64,000 bases of DNA from Felis catus. Lineage: Eukaryota. The DNA is taken from positions 161,760,001 through 161,824,000 of the forward strand of contig NC_058368.1 of NCBI RefSeq assembly GCF_018350175.1, read 5' to 3'. Positions 25,501 through 37,215 of the stretch are shown here, piece after piece. The position numbers were made by a program, and so were the translations under genes. The notes under the pieces were generated by a model, which saw only the letters and a list, made by a program, of their open reading frames with translations, made no database searches and was not told where the DNA came from. How positions within the stretch are numbered: position 1 is the first letter of the stretch; every line of letters starts with the position of its first letter.

Positions 25501-25944
25501 GATTTGCCCTTCCCATTAGAGCACCACCAGGTAACGAGCTGTGGAGTTTCAGTCTCTGCACTCCACCTGTTTCTAGAGTCTTAATGGAATTTAAACCCTT
25601 TCCTTTCTCCTTTCTCCCTTTTTTTATTCAGTCCCTTGCATACTCTTTCTTTTCTCTCCAGCTGCTTCTGAGCGGGGAGAATGCTTTCCCATACTCTTCC
25701 CCTGTCTCCATCCTCTCTCCCCAAACAAAAAACAGCTCCTTGCCCTCCGTGGCTTCTCTCTCCCCCAGTTAACCTCTCTGTGCCGCGTACCTGCTGAGTT
25801 CTGTGGTTCAAGTTGTGAAGATTGTTGTGTTAATCCTCAAGTCAGTTTTCTAGATGTCCAGGTTTAGTGTTGATCTGGCTGTATTTCAGGGACAAGATAT
25901 ACAAAAAAAGCTTCCTTGCTGTTCCACCATCTTGGCCTCTTCCC
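19042..25944 (-). mobile_element. Full-length but inactive carnivore L1 (~6.9 kb including a nested SINE): 5' UTR ~24290-25944, ORF1 ~23490-24290 (internally deleted), ORF2 ~19350-23487, poly(A) at ~19042
   Basis: 5' end gggaagaggccaagatggtgg; ORF fragments for ORF1 (MSEPEFRIMIKRILAE, QPGILYPERLSFKLEGEIKSF), endonuclease (TVIVGDYNTP), RT ([14 protein letters not shown]..., [11 protein letters not shown]) and the C-terminus; many frameshifts; degenerate TSD core tcaatcct (19034-19041 / 25953-25960). Confidence 0.95.
21782..22005 (+). mobile_element. Young SINEC_Fc-like SINE inserted into L1 ORF2
   Basis: Perfect 15-bp TSD taaatgtttggtaga (21767-21781 / 22006-22020). Confidence 0.97.
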
Positions 25945-27889
25945 TGCGTTTCTCAATCCTAGGGAGAACTCTGAGTTGCCCATCACATTATATGCTACAG
26001 AAAGTGATTGAAAAGGACATTGTGTTGGTTAGTCACTGCTTCTTTGATTTTGCATTTAAAATAATTTTAGAGCCTTTTTTCCTTCCCATTTTTACTGTAA
26101 TTTCTGGGAGTATTGAGTAAGTTGGTTCAAGTTTCATTAGTTTTTTTCTGTACTGTAATTAATATCCACGTAGGTGACACTATTTAAAGTTACACGTGTT
26201 TTTGTTATTTAACATTTCTGTAAGAATAAGAATATATGTCTTATCCAGGAATTTATAGCAGAAATACTATACAGAAATACAGAAATTTATAGCAGAAATA
26301 CAGCTTTTTTCTGATGCTTACTATGGCTGACTTCAGCAAGCCTAGTGTCTTTGTAGGCTTTAGAGAAATTGGCTGTTTAATTAATTCTTGGAGGTTTAAA
26401 GTAAAATAGAAGTGACGAAAAAAATAAATACAGTTTTAAGTGGATTTTGTTCATCTTGTAGTTTAAAGCAGCCTATTGTTAATTTTGGAATTCCTTTATA
26501 ATATTTAACTTCAAGATCACCTTTAATGCCACTGAGATTTACTATCTAAATGAAACAATCAAAATAAGAGACAGTGATGTAAGTGGCAAGCACCTCTTGT
26601 CTATTTTCTCTTCGCAGTAAGATAATAAAGCTCAGGTCCAATGATCCAAGCATCACTGTATAGGAGCATCCCATGGCTCATAGCATAAAATCCCAAAGAT
26701 AATATGTGCAGAATCACACTCTAATACAATAGTAAAAGCCCAATAGTAAGATAATGTATAATATTATGGTTTGAAGAAAGATTATTATTTTTTTTGTAAG
26801 ATATTGCACATTCAAACATATTGAATGCTCAATGTGGCATTTATTTGGATGGGCAATGAAAGATTCATATAAATGTTCATGAATGATCACACTGTTGCAT
26901 GTAATGTTTAGCAACACTTACCTAAATGTTTTCATATTGCCATGGGAAAATTCATATATAAAGCCTGAATGCACACATTTGAATATATGATTAATGAAAA
27001 TGGATCTAATTGATATTACTCTAACATGATATATTCACTCTAATGTTTACGTAGGTCTTTGTATTGTTTCCAAATATAAAAATAAGATGTGGTATGAGAG
27101 CTTTAAAGATATTTGACAGGTTATTTGAAAGAATGAAGATATAAAAATGCAAGTGAATTAGGAGCCATTTTATTATTTTTTTATAGATTGAAGAGAGACA
27201 GTTTTTGAATGAATGTTTTAGAACCTTGTGAAAATGGGGGTGGCTCGATTAACTCTGAGCACTTGGAAGAGTGCTATGTTTGACACAAAAGGCACAAGAT
27301 TCTGCTTCTTTATTTTCCATTTCACCCAGTATGATTGCATAGCTGAACAAAAATTTTCCCAATCACTGGATAAAGCTTTGAGGGTAGAGGATAAGAATCA
27401 AGAAGTGTAGGAATTTTACACATTTTAAGTATCCAGGGATAAAAAAGACAATAATCTAGCTGGGGAGAATTCCTCACAAATTACTTTAACTCTTGCCTTG
27501 GGACCAATAAGAGAGGTTCCGAAAATGACCCCCAGAAAGCCCTAAATATATATCTACAGATTTACATATATATCTGATTCTGCTTGATTGGGAGTCAGAA
27601 TAGGAACACCTTTACCAAAGTTTAATTATTTAATTTTTGCTGTGTATAATACTGCTTTCTCTTTGGGAATGTTAACACCGAAGGCTAAGGTTGAAAAATC
27701 TCTTACCCTGGTATGATTAAAACTGCTTATTAATTGTCACACTAATTGTAGGGTTTTTACACATGATTCTTTGAAGTGTCTGAAAACATTAGCGCTCATG
27801 AGTTTTCATAGCTATCTTTATGTGCCACTAATATGTAAGGCCTCCGGGACAACAGTAAACACATAGAGATTTAATAACAGAATACAAAA

Positions 27890-27927
<38 letters not shown>

Positions 27928-28100
27928 GAAAAGCACTACTGTTTTCCTTTACATCAGCTTTTCAGTGATTCCCTTCTAATGGATTTTCTATAACCTCCAC
28001 CCCCTTCTCTTCATTACATCCTATAAAATGAGAATGTCTTTGTTAGTTTATCAAACATTTATTTTAAGTTGCCTGTCTTTTTGTCAGTATTTTAATAAGG

Positions 28101-28507
28101 TGTAAGGGATTAATGTACATGCTATTGTGTCAACTTGGAGGGTGTTTGTGGATACATGAACATTTCAATTGATGAACTTTGGGGAAATCAGATTGCTCTC
28201 CGTAAAGTGGGTGGGCCTCATGAAATCAGTTGAAGGCCTGAATAGAACAAAAAGATCAACCTTCCTGACGAAGAAGAAATTCTTTAGCAAACTGCCTTTA
28301 GACTTCATCTGTATCATTGGCTCTTCTGTGTCTTGCGCCTGCTAGTTCACACTGCAGATTTTGGCCTCCGAAATAGTCTCTATAATTTTATAGTCTCTAT
28401 AATTGTGTGAACCAATTTTTATATTAAATATCTCTCTGCCCCCCCCCCCATTTCTCTCTCTACATGTATACCTTATTAGTTCTGTTTCTCTAGAGAACCC
28501 TAACACA
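28101..28507 (+). mobile_element. MLT2-family (MLT2D-like) solo LTR
   Basis: tgtgtcaacttgg...gtgggtgggcctcat..aatcagttgaaggcctgaatagaacaaaa...ttctgtttctctagagaaccctaacaca. Confidence 0.85.
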
Positions 28508-29863
28508 GCTATCATATAAAATTTGGCAGTTCAAGTTAGATAAAAGTATATTTCAGAAAGTTAACCAGGATTGCATTATTTGCTTCTCCCGGTGGTTATA
28601 TCTAGATCATTAAATTCTCTCTGCTTGGAGAGCAGAGCTGGCTTAATGGAGAGACTGTATCACTAACTGCATTGCCAGAGAGGGTTTATGACTACACACC
28701 AGCCATCTTTCTCAAGATAGTGACAATGAAAGCAGGTTATTTAATATTTGAAATCCAAAATACCAGCAATAGCAAATGGGGAAGGAAAAGAGATAGAGTT
28801 TAAAATGACTATAAATATTAATATCACCTGTTTTAGGAAAAAAAGTGACAATATTAGATATAGAATAGCTAGATAGGGCAAAAGCTCCTAAAGTCACTAT
28901 TAAAGCTTGACTTTTCTTTCAGATTTTCCCACTGAATACCTTTCTAGCCAGTAGAATCAGTAAGAATATGCAATGAAACCTTAAACTTTAATTTTTTTTA
29001 CATAGTTGTGGTTTTGATTCTCCAAACAAGCAACATACAAACTCAATGTATAAGAGCATTTTTGGCTATACAGTGTTGCTAAGGTGTACTTCAAAAGTAG
29101 GACTCTGCCATCCTAACACACTGGGAAACTGATACAGTCCCTTAACTTCTTATAGATTTTAGAGAAAAATAGTAATTTATCTATTCTGTATTTTTTTCCT
29201 CAGAAATGTCCAGAAGTGTTCCTCAGAAAGAATGTGCATAGGTAACGAGTTTCTCAATAAAAAGCTTCTTCATAAAAACTACATAGAGGACTTATGCTTC
29301 CAGGTAAGGTCTTACTTCCCTCCACGAACAGCTAGAAAATTCAACAAAACATTTGTTTTCAGACCATGGGTTTCAGACAACACAGGACTGTGAGAGGAGA
29401 GAAACAAGAGTTAACTGTTGTCAGTTTAAGTGTGGCTTTCTCCTTACAGGCAATTTTTAAAATCCTAGAGCATGGAGGACTAACACAAATTACCTAGTTT
29501 AAAGTTTGGAGAAGCCATGCTGGCTGGAATATTGGAAGCAGATTGCCAGTGAAGAGGGAGTTACTCAGAGAAAGCTCTGGAAATCTGCATAAGGATCCTT
29601 TGGAGTCTTAGGCTCAATACCGATCTACATGTGTAAGCTTAAACACCATGAGAGTAGGCAAAGAAAAATTTCTAGGGGAAAGAATAATTTACAGGTAACT
29701 GTAAGCCAAACAATTTCTGTACCTCAAAAAGGGCCATAGATCCTTCAAAAACCCAGCAACCACAGTGAAGAAACCTTATTAAATACAAGGAACATTGTAG
29801 AGATGCAAGGCCATGGTTTAGTAATTGTGCTGAACTACATCCCTAGAATAGGTTACTCTAGAC

Positions 29864-30079
29864 TAGGGGTAAGCAAACTAAGAACCAAATCTGACCCACT
29901 GCCTGATTTTGCAAATAAAGTTTTTTTTGGAACACAGCTCTTCTCACTTATTTACATATTATCTATGGCAGTTTTTGTGCTACAACAACAAAGTTGATTA
30001 GTTGAGATAGAAACCATTTAGCCTGCACAACTTAAAATAGATACTGTCTCACCTTTTACAGAAAGTTTGTTGATTCCTC
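29864..30079 (+). mobile_element. MER58A (hAT-Charlie non-autonomous DNA transposon)
   Basis: aggggtaagcaaacta...ccaaatctgacccactgcctgattttgcaaataaagttt...ggaacacagc...ttttacagaaagtttgttga; left flank ctctagac fits the Charlie NTCTAGAN target. Confidence 0.8.
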
Positions 30080-30186
30080 CTGTAAGCACACCTGATCAAT
30101 AGGACTTTCCTGCAACTCAACAGCCTGTCAGAACAAAGCCCAACATTGTTAAAAGTCAGACAACAAAATTCAGTAATTGAAAATTT

Positions 30187-30397
30187 ATTTTTATTTTTTT
30201 AAGTGTATTTATTTATTTTGAGAGAGTGAGAAAAAAAGGGTGAGCAGGGAAGGGCAAGGAGAGAGAGAATCCTAAGCAGGCTTCTTGATGTCAGTGTAGA
30301 GCCTGACAGTGGGACTCTGAACTATTTATCATGAGATCATGATCTGAACCAAAGTCAGGACTCCAAAGCTTAACTGACTGAGCCACCCAGGAGCCCC
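30187..30397 (-). mobile_element. Older Can-SINE
   Basis: Ends ...taactgactgagccacccaggagcccc; degenerate TSD agtaattgaaaattta / agtaatcaacaattta. Confidence 0.9.
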
Positions 30398-31239
30398 AGT
30401 AATCAACAATTTAAAGTTTACAATGCCTGTCACTGAATCAATTTTTTTTTGTTGTTGTTGAAACCAAGATTGATTGCACCGTGGGAAGATTCAGAGCTCC
30501 CTTCTTCTGTAGACACTCAGCTGAACGAGAAAACACAAACATCAAAAACAGGTAGGAAAGACTGAAGACACATTTTTTGGTAAGGAACTCCCAAATCCCA
30601 GCTTGAGTTAGGCTAGGGTCCATGAGACCTACAAGACTATGGCACACAAAGGAGCAGTTGCTAGTGAGCACAAAGGCACTCTCAGCAGACATACTATACC
30701 CTGCCTTGCCTCCTGCCAGGTCAGTGTGGAGGGAGCAGGCAAAATAGCCCATCTCCCAGTCTTTCCTGAAAGAGTTACATCTACCTACTTTGAAAGCACT
30801 GCCTAAGTTGGTTTCTAATGTAGCATATATCAAGAAATACTATTTTGTTCCTCTTTTTATCTTTAGACTTCAGGGCTTTTGTGATTTTTATTATCTTGTA
30901 TGTGTTCCATAATGATTTTAATGAAATTTGGAAGATGGAGAATGAAATACCCTTAGAATTTGCCTCACAATTGAGAGATTTACTGTATGTATTTTTGATG
31001 TTTGTTTTATTGGAATCATCATTGTCCTAAATTTAGTGGCTGCAGTGCTATATTCATCCTAGTAAGAAAGGTTTCTCAACTGAATCAATAAGTCCATGCC
31101 TATTCCTTTTAGATTTCCATGGTATGTTGGAAGGATAATCTGTATGCTTTGACTGGATATTATTATACAATATTACCTTTAGATCGCCTAATACACTTAC
31201 TTGATTAATTGTATTCAATTTACATTTTAATATAACATT

Positions 31240-31378
31240 CTTTTTATTATTTTATTTATTTTTTCATAATGATAAGTGCACTCCTTAATCCTCATCCCCT
31301 ATTCCTCTCATTCCGTAATCCGCATCCCCTATGGTAACCATTGGTTTGTTCTCTGTCGTTAAGGGCCTCTCTTTCTTA

Positions 31379-31438
<60 letters not shown>

Positions 31439-32850
31439 TTTGCCTTTCCTTGTTTGTTTGGTTTCTTAAATTCTACATATGAGCAAGATCCTAATATATT
31501 TGTCTTTCTCTGACTGACTTATTTTGCTTAGCATTATATTCTCTAGCTCTATCCATGTTGTTGCAAATAGAAAGATTTCATTCTTTTTTATGGCTAAATA
31601 CCATTCCATTGTGTATATATACCACATCTTCTTTATCCATTCATCTATCCATGGACACTTGGGCTGCTTCCATTGTTTGGCTATTGCATATAATGCTGCA
31701 ATAAACACAGGGGTACATGTATCCCTTTGAATTAGTGTTTTTGTACTCTTTGGGTAAATACCCTGTAGTGGGGGTAGTTCTATTTTTAAGTTTTTGGGAA
31801 ATCTCCACACCCTTTCCCACAGTGTCAGGACCAGTTTTCATCCCCACCAACAATGCATCAGGTTTCCTTTTTCTTCACATCCCTGAGCTCCTGTTGTTAT
31901 GTTTTTGGTTTTAGCCACTTTCATAGGTGTGAGGTGATATTTCATTGTAGTTTTGATTTGCATTTATCTGACAACGTGTGATGTTGAGCACATTATCAGA
32001 CACGTCTTTTTATGTGTCTATTGGCCATCTGTATGTCATCTTTGGAGAAATGTCTATTCATGTCGTCTGCTCATTTTTTAATTGGGCTATTTAGTTTTTA
32101 GCTGTTGAATTTTATAAGTTCTTTATATATTTTGAATACTAACTCTTCTTCAGATATATCATTTGCAAATATGTTCTCCCATTTTGTGTTTTGCCTTTTA
32201 ATCTCGTTGATTGTTTCCTTCACTGTGCAGACACTTTTTCTTTTGATTAGTCTCAGTAGTGTATTTTGGCATTTTCCCTTACCTCAGGAGACAGATCTAG
32301 AAAAATGTTGCTAGGCCAATGTTGGAGAAATTACTGTGTGTGCTCTCTTCAAGGATTTTTATGGTTTCAAGTCTCACAGTTAGTTCTTTAATCCATTCTG
32401 AGTTTATTTCTGTGTATGGTGAAGCAAAGTGGCCCAGTTTCATTTTTTTGCATGTGGCTGTCCAGTTTTCCCAATACTATTTTTTTGAAAATATACTATT
32501 TTTTCACATTGTATATTTATTCCTCCTTTGTTGAAAACTAATTGTCCATGTAGCTGTGGGTCTATTTCTTGGTTTTGTGTTCTATTCCATTGATCTATGT
32601 GTCTATTTTCATAATGTACCATACTATTTTAATTATTACTACTTTGTAATATAACTTGAAACCTGTAATTATGATACCTCCAGTTTTGTTTTTCTTTTCA
32701 AGATTGCTTTCGCTACTTGATGTCTTTTGTGGTTCCACGCAAATCTTCGGATTGTTTGTTCTAGTTCTGTGAAAAATGCTGCTTGTATTTTGATAGAAAT
32801 TGCATTAAATATGTAGATTGCTTTGGGTAGTTGATATGACATTCTAATTT
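31240..32850 (-). mobile_element. 5'-truncated carnivore L1 (~1.6 kb) with (CT)n at ~31383-31430
   Basis: ORF2 fragments [15 protein letters not shown]..., DTCTPVFIAALYAIAKQWKQPKCP...MLSKISQSEKDKY. Confidence 0.92.
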
Positions 32851-33944
32851 TCATTGGATTACATGAGTCAGGTACTGTTACGTGAAAGTTTAGCTACCTA
32901 TATTTAAACTTTTGTCATGATTTTTTTCAACATTATGCTGTCTTTATAAAGTTCATGGCACCTACCTGGAGTCTGATATATTGAATGACCCCAGACCTTG
33001 GTATGAAAGACATTTTTGAATCAAATTCTAGCATTTTGTTAGAGCTTTAACAACACAAATTATAACATTGTACTACAGTTCTGAGATGTACTAAAAAATA
33101 ACAGGCATAAGCCTAATTGTACCAGGTGGTGCATTTCGTTTGTAATGACAAAGCTTATTACTACACAAAATGAGTTTATTGTAAAAGAATGGTAAAAATT
33201 CCTATCTAGCGCATCACCAATTTCTTTAATCACCCCCTCATAATGTGCCTTCAACAGCAATACCTGGTGCTGACAAGCTATAAAGAGTTAAATATTGAAT
33301 TAATACTGTGCATTTATTATTAAAGGAAGTATTTAAATAAAGCAAAAGGAACTTTATATCTAATAATCTTCAGTTATGTGAATGAAAAATGAAGAAGACC
33401 ATATTCTCTCTTAGGGAAGTTTATAGTAATTGCTGAGTTTCTCTAATAATAAAAATTGGATTCAACAAAGTATAAACACAAATAATCATATGTTTAAGAG
33501 GCTCAACATTTTCGTGTGTTAATTACCTTCAAAGATATATTCTGCCTCAAAGCCTCCTTACATGCTGAGGAACATATTGAGGAAATATAAACATGTCGTG
33601 TAAAATATGTTGTCATATATTCTGCAGTAAGTGGGTTTAAGGAAAGCCTGCCCAAGGCTTAAGATAAAATGAAAGAGTTTAAAGTGTTATCTGTCTATAT
33701 CAAAAGCAGTAGTTCATTGGTTAAGTGAATTATGGTACCCTAGTGAAATACACAAAATAAAATGCATGTGTATAATAAAATAATGTGTAACCAATAGTTA
33801 AGTATTTTATAAGAATATTTGAAGTTAGTAAAATGTTCATAATACATTAAATAAAATTCAGTTGTTATAGAATAATGAGGACTTTATGATAAAAATAGTG
33901 TAGATGAATGTAATATGTAAATGAGAATATGTAGAAAATGAGAT

Positions 33945-33945
<1 letters not shown>

Positions 33946-33981
<36 letters not shown>
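33946..33981. repeat. (GA)n microsatellite
   Basis: Direct reading. Confidence 0.9.
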
Positions 33982-33984
<3 letters not shown>

Positions 33985-34442
33985 ACTACTTAGCACCTTG
34001 AAAGAATTATAACTGAATGGTAACATCTGGGTAGTGGGATTATGTATTCTTATTTTTCTTTTTATGCTTCTAAAATATTTTAAATTTTCATTATGAGTAT
34101 ATATGAGTATTTAAATAAGACAATAATACCTGCAAATTTTTTTCATTAATGATTTTTTTGAAGACAAATGTATTTGTTAATTATTTAATACAGGCCATAA
34201 TAATAGTTGCTTATTTCAACAGAAAAAAGCTTTGGCTTTTTTTCTAAAATCAGGCAAAAATATTAACCAATCATTATCTCCTAGGTCTAATAATAAGATG
34301 ATACTATATATTATAATTATTATAACTCCTAGACCCATCTGCTCCATTTTATACCCATTCTTCTATTTACCTACAAGAAATGAATCCTGTAATTTCTTTA
34401 TTTCTCATCTCATATGTTAATCCCAAAAATGAGCATGAAGTT

Positions 34443-34870
34443 TGTGGTGGATGCTGGATGTGCCCCCATGAGACCTTCATTCCATTAGAAACTAGGAATG
34501 TTGCATGATAATGATTGGCAGATGAGTGCTTCTCCCAGAAATGCTTTGTTTGAAGGGATTTGAGCCCCCCAAGTCTCCATGGTCCCTTCCCAGGAGTGAT
34601 CAGCTTCTAACAATGGCTAATGTGAAACAACAGAGGGCTAGCTGCTGTGCCTTGATTTAGGGGTTCTCTGAAAGTCCATCCCCATCTCAGATCAACTGTG
34701 GAGTTGTCTGATGCTACTGTTCCTACTGTATCCAATTCTTCCTTTTTGTCTTCCTAATCCTGCTTCATGTAGCCCTCATAGAGAATAGTTCCTGAGAATA
34801 TGGCCCAATGCACTTCCTACATGCACATCATTGTCCTTGGGCTTATTTTTCAGGGAACACATCAAATTGA
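34443..34870 (+). mobile_element. LTR16-family solo LTR
   Basis: tgtggtggatgctggatgtgcccc...cttcctacatgcaca...tttcagggaacac resembles LTR16A/B. Confidence 0.6.
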
Positions 34871-35383
34871 TTATACAAAATTGCTTCCAGTGAATATTTC
34901 CTGGAATTACACAGGAAGTATTAAGGACCTATATATGAAGGGGAGCCTATTCAGCGTATTTTTGTTCAAATTCCAATTGAGAGAAATGTCTTTTCTCTTA
35001 CCCTCATAGTTAACATGGCAAAGGACCCTGAAGTAAGTAGGGCATTTCAGGAATGAGAGACCTGTGGTCTAAGCAAGCAGACAGACAGACACTATTTCTG
35101 TGGAAAATAGGTAAAGCTGCCAGTCAGTATATTGCAGAACATCTCATAGGGAAGCAAAGTCTCTGTGGAAATACACTGATGTGGATTCTACTTAAAGTGA
35201 ACTTTTTTTTTATTTCAAAGGCTAAGTATTTAGTGGTAATGACTCATAAAATCATTATCAGAAGGAAAAGGATCAGCAGAGTTGGGATAATTTAATTGAA
35301 ATCAATTAAAGAAACACTAAATTTGTACAATATTTTTCTAGCACTGTTCTGATGCTCGAAACAGAGTAGCAAAACATGTGGAT

Positions 35384-35387
<4 letters not shown>

Positions 35388-35436
<49 letters not shown>
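35388..35436. repeat. (TAAA)n microsatellite
   Basis: About 12 perfect units read directly. Confidence 0.9.
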
Positions 35437-35817
35437 GAAAAAAATCTACTTCATTACTGATGATAAGTGTTAAGGATAAAGATAAAGTCAAGGAAAGTAA
35501 TAGGTAAAGCTGGCTGGAGTTTGAGATAAATAGGAGGAAGAAAGAAGGAGTAGGAATCTGAGCTAAGACCTGAATGAGTGGATGGAATGAGCCATTATGT
35601 TATCTAGGGCAAGAAAATGAAAGATGAGTTTTAGAAAAGATTATAATAGAGATTTTATGGGGAGTAACATGGGTTAACATTTCTTCCCTTCTTAATGAGA
35701 TGAAATGCAGGGCTCCTTACCTATTACTCACTCCTTAATGTTCAAACCCCTCACAGCCTCAGCCAGTCTTGTCTGATATCCGCACAGTTCTTGAAGCCTG
35801 CTAGCTAAATTTAAATA

Positions 35818-36206
35818 TTATTCAGGCTTTGAAAAGAAGGAAATCCTGGCATTTCTGATAGTGTGGATGAACTTAGGGGACATTATGCTAAGTGAAATAA
35901 ACCAGACACAAAAAGTCAAATATTACATGATATCACTTACATGTGGGCTCTAAAAAAACTTGAACTTAGAGAAACAGAGAGTAGAAAGTTAGTTGCCAGA
36001 GGATAGGGGGTGGGAGACATGAGGAGATGTTGGTTATAAGGTACAAACTTACTTATAAAATGGGTAAATTCTAGAGATCTAGTGTACACTGTGGAAGGTA
36101 TAACTAATTATCTATTGTGTACATGTAACTTGCTAAAGGTTAGATCTTCAGAGTTCTCAGCGCATGCATGCGCACGCACACACACACGCACACACACACA
36201 CACACA
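35818..36206 (+). mobile_element. L1MA/L1_Carn-type 3' fragment ending in (CA)n
   Basis: aagaaggaaatcctggcattt...ggatgaactt..ggacattatgctaagtgaaataaaccagacacaaaaag...agagagtagaa..gttgccagagg. Confidence 0.85.
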
Positions 36207-36998
36207 ATTTCTAGGATTTTAGGTTTTTGAGTAAAGCTTTTTTGTTCACAGCACTCTGTTTTAAGAAATTCCTCTAGTCAAAATTCTATAATTTCCTGTG
36301 GTATTTCTGCAACATACTTGTCTATTAACATTCAAAATTCAGGTATCCTAAATGGATAAAGCCAGATAAGCACTACACTTTATATATGTCATCTTAATTC
36401 TGGTCGTTTCTGCCTGAGTTTCTTACATCTTTACAAGTTGCTTTCCTTCCTAATGCATCCTTCACTATCGTATTCCCTCTTTCATCTGTTTCTTAGGGTG
36501 ATTTTTGCATCCTTAGTGAATGCCATCCTTGACACTTTCTTTCATAAGACTCGGGTTGGCTCGTGGCCCAGGAGACAGCAAGTTACACTGGGTTTTCTAA
36601 TATACTTCAAAAGCTCTGAATTGCATTCTGACATCAAAGAGCCATAGAATGATAGAATGACAGCCCTAGATCGTACTTTGAGAAATCATCCGGTTTAATC
36701 CCTCTCTTTCTAAAAGGTTGATAATTGCAGTCCAGGTAGTAGCTATTGTATTCATTTTTTTCCCCTTTCCTTTCACTCAAGCCAACATGGATGACATTTC
36801 ACCCATCTCACGAGTTACCCTATTCCAATATTTAAATTCTCATGAAGAACTATTTATTTTTCTCCGTCTTTTAGGAAATATGTATTTCCTTAGTATTTTC
36901 TCTTTCTCAAGCATTTTGAGAACATGAGAAACAACTTTTTAGTACCACTGTCATATAATGGTACTAATTTTCTATTATAAGATGGTCATTATTGTATT

Positions 36999-37215
36999 TT
37001 TTTTAGATTTTTTTAACGTTTACTTATTTTTGAGACAGAGAGAGACAAATCATGAACGGGGGAGGGTCAGAGAGAGGGAGACACAGAATCTGAAACAGGC
37101 TCCAGGCTCTGAGCTGTCAGCACAGAGCCCGACGCGGGGCTCGAACTCACGGACCGCGAGATCGTGACCTGAGCTGAAGTCGGCCGCTTAACCTACTGAG
37201 CCACCCAGGTGCCCC
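36999..37215 (-). mobile_element. Felid Can-SINE
   Basis: Perfect 15-bp TSD ggtcattattgtatt (36984-36998 / 37216-37230). Confidence 0.97.

Larger units (their letters stand above)
29285..30450 (+). mobile_element. Old L1M 5'-region fragment, interrupted by MER58A and a SINE
   Basis: gaggactt..gcttccagg...aacagctagaaaa...gttttcagac...caggactgtga resembles L1MC/L1MD 5' ends. Confidence 0.45.

Noticed and set aside
30438..30833. 131-aa minus-strand ORF
   Set aside because: No recognisable domain or splice context; lies in or beside repeat debris.
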